Source: a bacterium (GTDB lineage Bacteria; Zhuqueibacterota; Zhuqueibacteria; Oceanimicrobiales; Oceanimicrobiaceae). From it: a DNA stretch of 51,660 nt. The stretch covers positions 1-51,660 of the forward strand of contig JBHHXN010000016.1 in NCBI GenBank assembly GCA_046757025.1, given 5' to 3'. Position 1 is the first letter of the stretch; every line of letters starts with the position of its first letter. The position numbers and the translations under genes were made by a program. Below are positions 1-9,058 of this stretch, piece after piece. Below the pieces are notes generated by a model. The model had not been told where the DNA came from. It did not search any database and was given only the letters and a program-made list of their open reading frames with translations.

Positions 1-783
1 ATGAACCAATCATCCGAACAGAACTTCCGTCAAACCATCGTGGAGATTGGCCGCCGCATGTACGAGCGCGGTTTTGTAGCCGCCAACGACGGCAACATCA
101 GCGTGCGCCTGGACGCGCAGCGCATTCTCACCACTCCCACCGGCGTTTCCAAGGGGCACATGCAGGCCGCCGATTTGGTGGTGGTGGATCGGGAAGGCAA
201 AACACTCGCCGGGGGCAAACCCTCCACCGAGCTGCCGCTGCATCTGTACCTCTACAAAGAGCGCCCGGACATACAAGCCGTGGTGCACGCGCATCCGCCG
301 TACGCCACCGGTTTTGCCACGGCCGGCGTCCCTCTGGATAAATGTGTGCTGGCCGAAGTCATCGTCACCATCGGCACCATTCCGCTGGCGGAATATGGCA
401 CGCCTTCAACCGAGGAGCTGCCGCAGACTTTGCAGCCATACCTTCACTCCTGCGACGCCTTTTTGATGGCCAATCACGGCGTGGTCACCGTGGGCCATGA
501 TTTGATGGACGCCTATTTTAAACTGGAACGCGTGGAGCACTCGGCCAACATCATTTTCAACGCCCGGGCATTGGGCGGTGAACGCGTGCTTCCCAAACAC
601 CAGGTGGAAAAACTCTACGACCTGCGGGAAACCTACGGGGTGAAATCGCTGAATCCCGGCTGCTATGCCTGCTACAACGACTGCATCGAGGACTCGTGCG
701 TGAATCATTCCGTCAAGTTTAACACCGACGGCCCGGACCATTTTAATGAGATCGTGGAGAAGGTGCTGGCAGCGGTGCGGTGA
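1..783 (+). CDS. Class II aldolase/adducin family protein (fuculose-1-phosphate aldolase-like) with C-terminal extension
   Basis: Motifs GNISVR, PSTELPLH, VVHAHPPYAT, LMANHG (Zn-binding His residues); extra Cys-rich linker and amphipathic C-terminal tail. Confidence 0.9.
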   Translation: MNQSSEQNFRQTIVEIGRRMYERGFVAANDGNISVRLDAQRILTTPTGVSKGHMQAADLVVVDREGKTLAGGKPSTELPLHLYLYKERPDIQAVVHAHPPYATGFATAGVPLDKCVLAEVIVTIGTIPLAEYGTPSTEELPQTLQPYLHSCDAFLMANHGVVTVGHDLMDAYFKLERVEHSANIIFNARALGGERVLPKHQVEKLYDLRETYGVKSLNPGCYACYNDCIEDSCVNHSVKFNTDGPDHFNEIVEKVLAAVR

Positions 784-896
784 CAGGGTTTATGGGTATA
801 GTGTATAAAGTATGGGGGGGGAAGTGTGGGATAGATTTGAATTCGTTAAAGACGCCTTTTCTTCCATACACTTTATACCCTATAACCTATACCCTG
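784..896. repeat. Degenerate AGGGTAT-like heptamer repeats in two inverted arms
   Basis: Left arm cagggtttatgggtatagtgtataaagtat; right arm atacactttataccctataacctataccctg is its approximate reverse complement. Confidence 0.6.
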
Positions 897-1005
897 TACC
901 TCCAGTGGAGCTGGCGAAAATTTCGTTCACTACGGATCCTCTGAATTTTGTGCCGTTTCAATCTCACCGCTGTAAAAAGCGGTTTTTTGTATCATTCAAA
1001 TCGAG

Positions 1006-2427
1006 GTGATTATGGAATCAGTGGGATGGCTGTCAATTTTGCCACCGGTCATTGCAATCGTTTTAGCGATCTGGACCAAACAAGTGTTTATCTCTCTGTT
1101 TTTTGGAATCTGGCTGGGCTGGACGATTTTAGTCGGCTGGAATCCCCTGGCCGGTTTCGCCGCGGCTTTGGAATCGTGCATTCGGGTTTTTGAAGATAAC
1201 GGCAACACGAAAGTCATCGCTTTCAGCGCCATGGTGGGCGCGCTCATCGCCTTCACCCAGTATTCCGGCGGCGTGGATGGCTTCATTCAATGGATTCTGG
1301 GCAAAGGTCTGGTCAAGAACCGAAAAAGCGCCGGGTTGCTGGCCTTTTTTACCGGCACCGTCGTTTTTGTGGAATCCAGCATCACCTGCCTGGTGACCGG
1401 CGCCATATCGCGACCCATTTTCGACAAGCTTAAAATTTCCAGAGAAAAATTAGCTTACATCTGTGACTCGACCTCTGCCCCAATATGCATCATGATTCCG
1501 TTGAATGGCTGGGGCGCATTTATCATGGGCCTGTTGATCACGCAAAATATTGAAAGGCCGTTTGTGGTTTTGCTGCAATCGCTGGCTTTTAACTTTTATG
1601 CCATTTTTGCGCTGGCGACGGTGGTGACCGTCATTCTCACCGGTCGCGACGTCGGTCCCATGGCCGCAGCCGAGAAGCGCGCCCGAGAAACCGGCAAAGT
1701 GCTGCGCGACGGCGCCGAGCCGGTAGTTTCCACCGAAGTCATCACCATTGCTGCGAAAGCCAACGTGCAACCACGCGCAGTGAATATGTTTGTTCCCATC
1801 GCGCTCATGGTGGGGATGATGCCGATTAGTCTGCTCATCACCGGCAATGGCGATATCATGCAAGGCTCCGGTTCCACTTCCGTTTTCTGGGCGGTGCTCA
1901 CAGCTATCGTCGGCGGCGGATTGTTCTACATGGCGCAGGGCATCCTGAATCTCAGAGAAACCGTGGATCTATTTTTTAAAGGTCTGGGGGGCCTCATGCC
2001 GCTGGCCCTGCTGATGATGCTAGCCTTTGCCATCGGCAATACCTGCAAGGAGCTGGGCACCGGGCCGTATGTGGCAAATCTTTCTAAAACCTGGTTAGGA
2101 CCGGGCTTGGTACCGATGATTTTATTTGTGGTTTCCGCATTCATTGCGTTTTCAACCGGCACGTCCTGGGGTACCTTTGCCATCATGATCCCCATCGGCA
2201 TCCCCATTGTCGAATTGATGGATACAAATTTACACTTAACGATCGGAGCTATATTGAGTGGGGGGATTTTTGGCGATCACTGCTCGCCCATTTCCGATAC
2301 CACCATCATCTCTTCCATGGCGTCGGCGTCGGATCACATCGACCATGTGCGGACGCAACTGCCGTACGCTTTGTTCGCGGCGTCGCTGGCGGTGATCGCG
2401 TATTTGATATTTGGATTACTATGGTAG
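1006..2427 (+). CDS. NhaC-family Na+/H+ antiporter-like (possibly amino acid) transporter
   Basis: Many TM helices; motifs LAYICDSTSAP, AFSTGTSWGT, FGDHCSPISDTTIISS, HIDHVRTQLPYA; start may be the ATG at 1012. Confidence 0.88.
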   Translation: MIMESVGWLSILPPVIAIVLAIWTKQVFISLFFGIWLGWTILVGWNPLAGFAAALESCIRVFEDNGNTKVIAFSAMVGALIAFTQYSGGVDGFIQWILGKGLVKNRKSAGLLAFFTGTVVFVESSITCLVTGAISRPIFDKLKISREKLAYICDSTSAPICIMIPLNGWGAFIMGLLITQNIERPFVVLLQSLAFNFYAIFALATVVTVILTGRDVGPMAAAEKRARETGKVLRDGAEPVVSTEVITIAAKANVQPRAVNMFVPIALMVGMMPISLLITGNGDIMQGSGSTSVFWAVLTAIVGGGLFYMAQGILNLRETVDLFFKGLGGLMPLALLMMLAFAIGNTCKELGTGPYVANLSKTWLGPGLVPMILFVVSAFIAFSTGTSWGTFAIMIPIGIPIVELMDTNLHLTIGAILSGGIFGDHCSPISDTTIISSMASASDHIDHVRTQLPYALFAASLAVIAYLIFGLLW

Positions 2428-2433
2428 GCTAAC

Positions 2434-2564
2434 GAGCCTGTCGAAAAAGTCAAAATTAAGTGATTCTTCATGCTGAGCGGAGTCGAAGCATGATATAAAA
2501 ACAACGAGTTACGGCCTTCGACTCCGCTCAGGCTGAATTAAAAAACAATTTTTTCGACAGTCTC
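2434..2564. mobile_element. MITE-like element with terminal inverted repeats and internal palindrome
   Basis: TIR GAGCCTGTCGAAAAA / TTTTTCGACAGTCTC (1 mismatch); AAC on both flanks; internal perfect 16-bp IR ctgagcggagtcgaag (2473-2488) / cttcgactccgctcag (2516-2531). Confidence 0.65.
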
Positions 2565-2580
2565 AACGAGGAAAAAACAG

Positions 2581-3306
2581 TTATTCCGCTTTGGTTTCAT
2601 CTGACCGTTCCTCGGAAGGTTTCTCATCAATCAATTTGATATGCCGATCCTGATATTTCAAACGATGGAACGGATTCACCAGACTCGAAGCCACATTTTG
2701 GATATGTCCTGCCACACGCTTTAAATAACGCAAATACAGGGCCAATGGTACGGCTTCGCTGGCTTTAAAGGATTCACCTTCACCTTTTATTAGCAACATA
2801 ATATATTCATCGCATTTGTCTTTAACTTTGGTCAAATCGACGATTATTTCTAGTCCCAAGTCTGTATCAGATTCTTTGAGAGCGTCTAATAAGGTTCCCA
2901 ATCGTTCAAGAACCTTATTTTCGATATTAACAAGATCATTTTCCCATTTACCCGCCACAAGTCTTTTGGGATGGATAGTAGCTAATTCATAAATGTTTTT
3001 GGTATAATCCCCAATTCTTTCGATATCACCGATGATACTGACAAGCGTCAAACCGATACTCAGATCGGTTGAAGAAGAAACAGCTAAATGGGTTAAAACT
3101 TTTTTTCGTACGTCTCTTTCGAGTTTGTTGATTTCTTTATCGGCGGTGTAAATATCTATATCAACTTTAGATGTGTCCTGTTTTCGTAGTGACCTCACAG
3201 ATGCCTCAAACATGGCCTTATCTGATTGCAACATTTTCCATGATTCTTCAAGCGATTCTTGCAGTAAATTTTTTTTCCCAAAAATTTCGTGAAAAAATTT
3301 GAACAT
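2581..3306 (-). CDS. PhoU-domain protein
   Basis: Two PhoU-like repeats: D-x-EINKLE...DIERIGDY and LKRVAGHIQNVA; directly downstream of a Na/Pi symporter. Confidence 0.82.
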   Translation of the reverse strand: MFKFFHEIFGKKNLLQESLEESWKMLQSDKAMFEASVRSLRKQDTSKVDIDIYTADKEINKLERDVRKKVLTHLAVSSSTDLSIGLTLVSIIGDIERIGDYTKNIYELATIHPKRLVAGKWENDLVNIENKVLERLGTLLDALKESDTDLGLEIIVDLTKVKDKCDEYIMLLIKGEGESFKASEAVPLALYLRYLKRVAGHIQNVASSLVNPFHRLKYQDRHIKLIDEKPSEERSDETKAE

Positions 3307-3309
3307 GGA

Positions 3310-4395
3310 TCACCTCACAAAGTAAATGAAAATGAAAGGTATAATAAAGAACACCGTTAAAATGTAACCTATTGGAATTAATCTATTCTTGATGGCCAAA
3401 TCAGCCAATTTCACAGCTAAATAAATCGGTATTCGTTTCAACGGGTAAATCAATACGACTCCAAATACATTAAACATCAAATGAGCGAATGCGACCGTCA
3501 CTGCGGCTATTTGCCCTGTTGCTAAAGACGCTAACATAGCAGTAATGGTTGTGCCAATATTCGCACCAAGAGTGTATGGAAATATCTGTTCAAGTGTGAG
3601 AATTCCGGCACCAATTAGGGGGATCGCAATCGAAGTGGTTATGGAGCTGCTTTGAACCAGAACTGTCATGATAATTCCAAATACAAATCCTCGTATGGCT
3701 GTCTTAAAAATATATTCATCAAATAAGGCTTCTAAGCGGCCTAAAACCAGTCCCTTTAACACCACTGTCAAATATCGCAAAGAGAAAAACAAAAACACCA
3801 AAGATATAATTAAAATGACCGTTCCAGAATTACCAGTTAATGTTTCAATAACCGCGATGGCCGGTTTGGTAATTAATTTAATCGGGCTGACAGTTTTTAA
3901 ACCGCCAAATGCTTGAAATATGCCGGCAAGATATTCAGAAATATGGCCTAAAAAATTTGTAGCAAGTTGCAATGGAAAGAAAATCACCACCGCTAATAAA
4001 TTAAAAAAATCATGCACCGTCGAACCGGCAAAAGCTCGTCTGAATTCATTGCTGCGTGTGACATGTCCCATTGAAACAATTGTGTTTGTTATACTGGTCC
4101 CTATATTACTACCCATTATGATGGGAATCGCATTGGCGATGTTAAGCGCCCCAGCTCCCACCAAGCCGACAACAAGCGAAGTAGTGGTCGATGAGCTTTG
4201 GATAACACTGGTAGCTAAAAGTCCAATTAGAAGACCAACATAAGGATTCGAAGTGGTTGCTATAAGTTGCTCGGCAAATCCTTTTCCAAACAATTTAAAA
4301 GCAGATCCCATCAGCGATATGCTCAATATAAATAAATACAATAAGCCGATTAAAGCAAACACCCTAGCCCATATTGTAAATCGCTCAGAATTCAT
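3310..4395 (-). CDS. Na+/phosphate cotransporter (SLC34/NptA-like)
   Basis: Duplicated QSSS motifs (QSSSTTTS, QSSSITTS) followed by GSNIGTS / GANIGTT. Confidence 0.92.
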   Translation of the reverse strand: MNSERFTIWARVFALIGLLYLFILSISLMGSAFKLFGKGFAEQLIATTSNPYVGLLIGLLATSVIQSSSTTTSLVVGLVGAGALNIANAIPIIMGSNIGTSITNTIVSMGHVTRSNEFRRAFAGSTVHDFFNLLAVVIFFPLQLATNFLGHISEYLAGIFQAFGGLKTVSPIKLITKPAIAVIETLTGNSGTVILIISLVFLFFSLRYLTVVLKGLVLGRLEALFDEYIFKTAIRGFVFGIIMTVLVQSSSITTSIAIPLIGAGILTLEQIFPYTLGANIGTTITAMLASLATGQIAAVTVAFAHLMFNVFGVVLIYPLKRIPIYLAVKLADLAIKNRLIPIGYILTVFFIIPFIFIYFVR

Positions 4396-4820
4396 TTACA
4401 GTAATCCTATTTTCAATATGAATGTATGTCATAATTAATACTCAAAGCAATAAAAATTGGGAGAATATAACTATCATTATTAGACAATGCAATTAATTTC
4501 ATGGGAATATTTAATGCGCTATTTGGTTTCTGTGACCTCATTTATGATTTTATGTTTCCGTTTTTAGAATCCATTATTTACACGGGAAACAGGTGAATTC
4601 TCAAGATAATAACGCGTTGAACCGTAAGCAAAAATAATTCTGTTCCGTATCCACATTTGAACTTTTAGTGACAGACAAAATAATATATCAGCCAATGAAT
4701 AGATTTGCATAATAATAATTCATCACAAATTTTGCGAGGGAGGATAGGTATATTGAGGCCAAAGCAGTAACGTATTTATTGCCGCTGATAATTATGGTCG
4801 TGACCATTTCTCAATAAATT

Positions 4821-5171
4821 TTATACTGTTATCTTTGAAAGCGCCTGCTCAATATCCTCATACGTTTCAAATATTTGATCCAGGTTGGTCATTTTTAAAA
4901 GGCTTTGAACGGGTGCCTGCAGATTGGTTAATACTAAATTACCATCCACTTTTTTGATGGAAGAAAGCGAAGCGATGAGCTCGCCCAAGCCAGTGCTGTC
5001 GATCCAGGTGACTTTGGAGAGATCCAGAATCACGTTGTGCAGTTTCTTTTTTATGGTGTCCCGAACTCTATCCTGAATCACCCCCCGTCCCTCCAGTCCG
5101 GTTAGCTTTCCCTCCAGAGTAAAAATGGCTACGTTTTCATTCGACTTGTCGATAATTTTTATCATATCCAT
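4821..5171 (-). CDS. STAS-domain anti-sigma factor antagonist
   Basis: LDLSKVTWIDSTGLG motif with the phosphorylatable Ser; 116 aa. Confidence 0.9.
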   Translation of the reverse strand: MDMIKIIDKSNENVAIFTLEGKLTGLEGRGVIQDRVRDTIKKKLHNVILDLSKVTWIDSTGLGELIASLSSIKKVDGNLVLTNLQAPVQSLLKMTNLDQIFETYEDIEQALSKITV

Positions 5172-5202
5172 AATTAAATTAGATTAATAAAATTGAATAT
5201 TA

Positions 5203-6084
5203 CTATGTTAATTTAAAGGCTGTTAATTCAGATTTGATGCACTCCATTTGTTCGCCATCCAACGGCCGTAACGGCAACCGAGGATGACCTCCGAAAAAAC
5301 CCAACACATCCAGGGCCGCTTTAACGCCAGCAATGCCAAAAGGCGCCACGATTTTTTTTTGCAAAGCGATCACTTCTAAATACCGTGACCGCGCTTCGTC
5401 AAACGATTTGTTCAGGCTATGCTGGTAAAGTTGCACACAGTGCTGCGGAACGATATTCGCCATCGCTAACACCGCTCCCTGCACGCCCAGAAAATAACCC
5501 ATGAAAGAATGCAGTATACTGCCGATGAGAATGGCAAAAGAGCGGTTCTGTAATGCGATGATTTCCGTAATTTTCGAAAACTTATCGGTGCTGTCTTTTA
5601 TTCCAATAATATTTGAATGGGCTGACAACGACTCTATCAAATCGGCAGACAGATCGACGGCGGTAAACATCGGCACATTATAGAGCAAGATCGGAATGGG
5701 GCTGTTATCGGCGACTTCCAGATAATGACGCTTCATTCCTTCTTCAGCGGCCTGATTTTGGTAATAATTCGGCGTGACCACTAACGCATAGTCCACTCCA
5801 ATATCGGCAACTTTCCGCGTAAAATTAATCGTTTCGTGCGTAGAAGCCAAGCCGGTACCGGCAATAAGCTGCTTTCGGGTAGAACTGTTTTTGCGCAATT
5901 CCGTCAAAAGGGCGAGTTTTTCCTCATCCGTGAGGTGAGCCGCCTCGCCAGTGGAGCCAAAGATCACGTATCCACTCAAATCATATTGCTCGAATTTCTC
6001 AATATTGGCAATGAATTTATCCGCAGCGACATTTTCATCCATAAATGGCGTCGTTACGGGAAGGTATACGCCCGATAGCTTCAT
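5203..6084 (-). CDS. DapA/HOGA-family class I aldolase (dihydrodipicolinate synthase family)
   Basis: GSTGEA, LLYNVP and GIKDS (Schiff-base Lys) motifs. Confidence 0.88.
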   Translation of the reverse strand: MKLSGVYLPVTTPFMDENVAADKFIANIEKFEQYDLSGYVIFGSTGEAAHLTDEEKLALLTELRKNSSTRKQLIAGTGLASTHETINFTRKVADIGVDYALVVTPNYYQNQAAEEGMKRHYLEVADNSPIPILLYNVPMFTAVDLSADLIESLSAHSNIIGIKDSTDKFSKITEIIALQNRSFAILIGSILHSFMGYFLGVQGAVLAMANIVPQHCVQLYQHSLNKSFDEARSRYLEVIALQKKIVAPFGIAGVKAALDVLGFFGGHPRLPLRPLDGEQMECIKSELTAFKLT

Positions 6085-6520
6085 GAATCTGTTTGTTTCA
6101 TCTTGTCGCCAGCCGCACCTGAAAAGGAGCCTGCTTTCACTTCATCATCTTTACTCAATTGGTCCGTTCTTGAAATTATTTTGTCAGATGCGATTCCGTA
6201 TTTTCATAGGTACCTTGTTGTCCGCCAACCAATGGTCAATCCATCTTATCCAGTGAGCGTTGCGAATTCAAGCCTAACCCCTGCTTGAAGTGCCAATGGA
6301 GGATGGCAATACCATTCATCAATCGGCAGTTAGATGTTAATTTTCAGGAAGGTACGTTAGGATTTTAATACCCCAAATATAACAGATTAAATTATATAAT
6401 ACAAGCGAAAATTAATGCCAGCAGCCGTTGAATGACACCTGAGGGCAGAAAACATCTTCTGCTATTGCCAGCTTTCCCTGGAAATTCTACAACTTGAAAA
6501 AAATTGTCAGGCGACGCAAA

Positions 6521-6682
6521 TCAATCTGACGGTGAATTCCGCTTTATGGCCAGGCCACTGCGTAAAATCTGCAATCCAAAAATAACCAGCAGAATGAGAT
6601 TTTTATCCACAAAGAAAACGGTATAGATCAATCCTAACAGCGCACTGAGAAGAATGGAAAGCAATTCGCTTTTTAGAGACAT
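6521..6682 (-). CDS. Small membrane protein, 53 aa (not in ORF track)
   Basis: Own translation: MSLKSELLSILLSALLGLIYTVFFVDKNLILLVIFGLQILRSGLAIKRNSPSD; two hydrophobic segments; same strand, 48 bp after the aminotransferase. Confidence 0.45.
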   Translation of the reverse strand: MSLKSELLSILLSALLGLIYTVFFVDKNLILLVIFGLQILRSGLAIKRNSPSD

Positions 6683-6730
6683 TTTACTTTCATCATGTAT
6701 TTAAAATTCAAAACCATGACCACCCACTGG

Positions 6731-7846
6731 TCAGGTATCTTCGGCCAATCGATTCAAGATGTCCACGGCATTTTTTAGTTTCTGCTCATCCGCCGCAAAG
6801 GAAAGTCGAAAGTGGGTATTCCTTTGTGAAAACACCTTGCCGGGAATAATGTACACATTCTTTTCAATGGCTTTTTTTACAAAGTCATCTGCAGAATCGC
6901 CGGGGGCACGGGGAAACAGAAAAAAAGCGCCGCCGGGCTTGACGATTTGAAACCGTTCTTTCAGGCCTTCATAAACCCGCTGCATACGGCGGTGATATAG
7001 CTCCACATAAGGCTTGATATCATGTTTCAGCGACCTGACCGCGGCTTTCTGGGCAATGGAATTGGCGCAAACATAAGAATACTGCTGAAAGGTTGCCATG
7101 GCGTCGATGACTCTTTTAGGGCCGGAAACGTAACCCAATCGCCAGCCCGTCATGCCGGCACTTTTCGAGAAACCGCTGATGACCACAGCATCCTCGGCCA
7201 CGTTTCCCATGCTTACGAAATCACCCTCTCCGTACACAAACTGGTCATAAATTTCGTCGGAAATCACTTGCAGACCATAATCATCCGCTATCTGTTTCAC
7301 CATCTGCAACTCTTCCAGGCTGTAGGTCATGCCGGTGGGATTGTTGGGATGGTTGATGACCAGCGCCCGCGTGCGTTCGCTGATCAGCGGTTCGATCTCT
7401 TCGGCGCGCAGTCTAAAATCCGGGTAGGTGTTTATCAATTTGGGGGTGCCGCCGCACATGATCACGACATTGGCGTACGCCACAAAATACGGATCCGTGA
7501 TCAGCACCTCGTCTCCCGGTCCCACAAGCGACAATACCGCCAGATAGTACGCGCCGGTGGCGCCGGCCGTGACCAGCAAATCATCAAAATGAATCCTGCG
7601 TGCATTCAAATGCACCCGCAGTGCCTCCCGCAGCTCTTCAATGCCTTTGGTGGACACATAATGATTAAAGCCCTGGTTTATCCAGTAAATTCCCTCTTGC
7701 TTGATAAGGTCGGGAATGTCAAAATCGGGTTCGCCGATGGACAGGTCGATGCCCTGGGGATTGTTGCAGGCCAGGTCAAATATTTCACGAATGCCAGACG
7801 GTTTGATTTGATCCACACGCGGAGACATTTTTTTAGGTTTGTGCAA
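6731..7846 (-). CDS. PLP-dependent aminotransferase class I/II (aspartate aminotransferase-like)
   Basis: GEPDF, NHPNNPTG, SDEIY, SGFSKSAGMTGWRLGY (PLP Lys). Confidence 0.93.
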   Translation of the reverse strand: MHKPKKMSPRVDQIKPSGIREIFDLACNNPQGIDLSIGEPDFDIPDLIKQEGIYWINQGFNHYVSTKGIEELREALRVHLNARRIHFDDLLVTAGATGAYYLAVLSLVGPGDEVLITDPYFVAYANVVIMCGGTPKLINTYPDFRLRAEEIEPLISERTRALVINHPNNPTGMTYSLEELQMVKQIADDYGLQVISDEIYDQFVYGEGDFVSMGNVAEDAVVISGFSKSAGMTGWRLGYVSGPKRVIDAMATFQQYSYVCANSIAQKAAVRSLKHDIKPYVELYHRRMQRVYEGLKERFQIVKPGGAFFLFPRAPGDSADDFVKKAIEKNVYIIPGKVFSQRNTHFRLSFAADEQKLKNAVDILNRLAEDT

Positions 7847-8076
7847 TCTGAATCCTCAGCAGTTTTTAAGGATGATACAACGGTCGCTTGTTTTTAAATT
7901 GCGTCAAGTTGGAGGCTCAAAAGCCCGTAAAAGTAAAAGGTAATTTAAGAAATTTAACCTAATAAACAAGTAAAATCAAATTCTCATTTTGAGGACAATT
8001 CAATTCTGGTCAACGATTATCGATTATTTTTCACTGGCAGAAATAAAATCAATCCAAGTTATGTTAAAAATGAATA

Positions 8077-9039
8077 ATGACAATACTCCCTTATATGAAT
8101 CGCAAAAGAACACACACCATTCTCTTGCTGTTGTTCTTCGTCTTGTTGTGCACAAATCGAGGCTTCAGCGGCGGCTGGACGCAAGGAAAAGGACATTTTT
8201 ATGCTAAATTTTCCGTACTGAATTTCAGCAACTCCAGCACTTTTAACGTGCACGGTCAAAAACTCCCGAACATTCATTCGGAATTTATGGGGGCGCTTGG
8301 AGGGGTGTTCAAACAGGGCACCTTTAAATCGCAAGGCTTCAGTTTTTACACGGAAGTGGGGATCTCCCCGCGAGTCGATATTATCGTGGGTCTGTACGGA
8401 GCAACCTTGCAAAATAAATGGCAGTTCAGCAAAGGCGCCAATCCGGACATCGTTCAAAAAAACCAGGGACTGGTCAGTTTTACCGGCGGCGCGAAAATCA
8501 ACCTAATCGATAAACCCCTGATTTTCTCTTTGAAGTTGACCGCCTTGATTCCGACCTATCAAAACAATCTCGGCGCACTCAACATCGAACCAGAAGATCT
8601 GGATTTCTTCGATAATACGCCGGCCTTGGGAAACGGCGCGGTGGTATTCGCCCTCACGCCACAGTTCGGATATGCGTTTAAAACGATTCCAATCTGGCTT
8701 GAATTGGAGAGTGGAATCCGATTGCGGTCAAAGTTATTTTCAGATGAAATCCCCTTGTTTCTACAGGCGGGTTATTCCTTAAAAAATCACACTTTTCTGG
8801 CCGTGTCATTAAACCTGGTAAAAAGTTTAGGTAACGGCGACTGGCCCAATTTTTATCGCAATGATATCGGCAAAGGGCCGTATGTCATAAACGACCAGGA
8901 GTTTGTGGATCTGGGTCTGAGTGCGGGGAAAAAGCTCTTTCGAATGTTCTGGGCGGAGGCCAGCTATTTGAAAACCCTCAGTGGGAAAAGAATGCCCGCC
9001 GGTCAGAGCATCACGCTGGGGCTGGCCATCAAACATTAA
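8077..9039 (+). CDS. Putative outer-membrane beta-barrel protein
   Basis: Signal peptide then GWTQGKG; alternating hydrophobic beta-strand pattern to the C-terminus; start may be ATG at 8095. Confidence 0.55.
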   Translation: MTILPYMNRKRTHTILLLLFFVLLCTNRGFSGGWTQGKGHFYAKFSVLNFSNSSTFNVHGQKLPNIHSEFMGALGGVFKQGTFKSQGFSFYTEVGISPRVDIIVGLYGATLQNKWQFSKGANPDIVQKNQGLVSFTGGAKINLIDKPLIFSLKLTALIPTYQNNLGALNIEPEDLDFFDNTPALGNGAVVFALTPQFGYAFKTIPIWLELESGIRLRSKLFSDEIPLFLQAGYSLKNHTFLAVSLNLVKSLGNGDWPNFYRNDIGKGPYVINDQEFVDLGLSAGKKLFRMFWAEASYLKTLSGKRMPAGQSITLGLAIKH

Positions 9040-9058
9040 AATGGCAGGAATTATTTTC

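Noticed and set aside
4396..4820. Pho box upstream of the Na/Pi symporter
   Set aside because: No convincing 11-bp-spaced CTGTCAT-like direct repeats visible
6081..6245. Minus-strand frame with an internal TGA (6204-6206) as another read-through candidate
   Set aside because: No start codon context, no recognisable family, no convincing SECIS
7022..7897. Long + strand ORF of 291 aa (likewise 10559-11359, 14990-15754, 27026-27610, 27873-28514, and 50456-51043 on minus)
   Set aside because: Antisense shadows of well-supported genes with no motifs of their own
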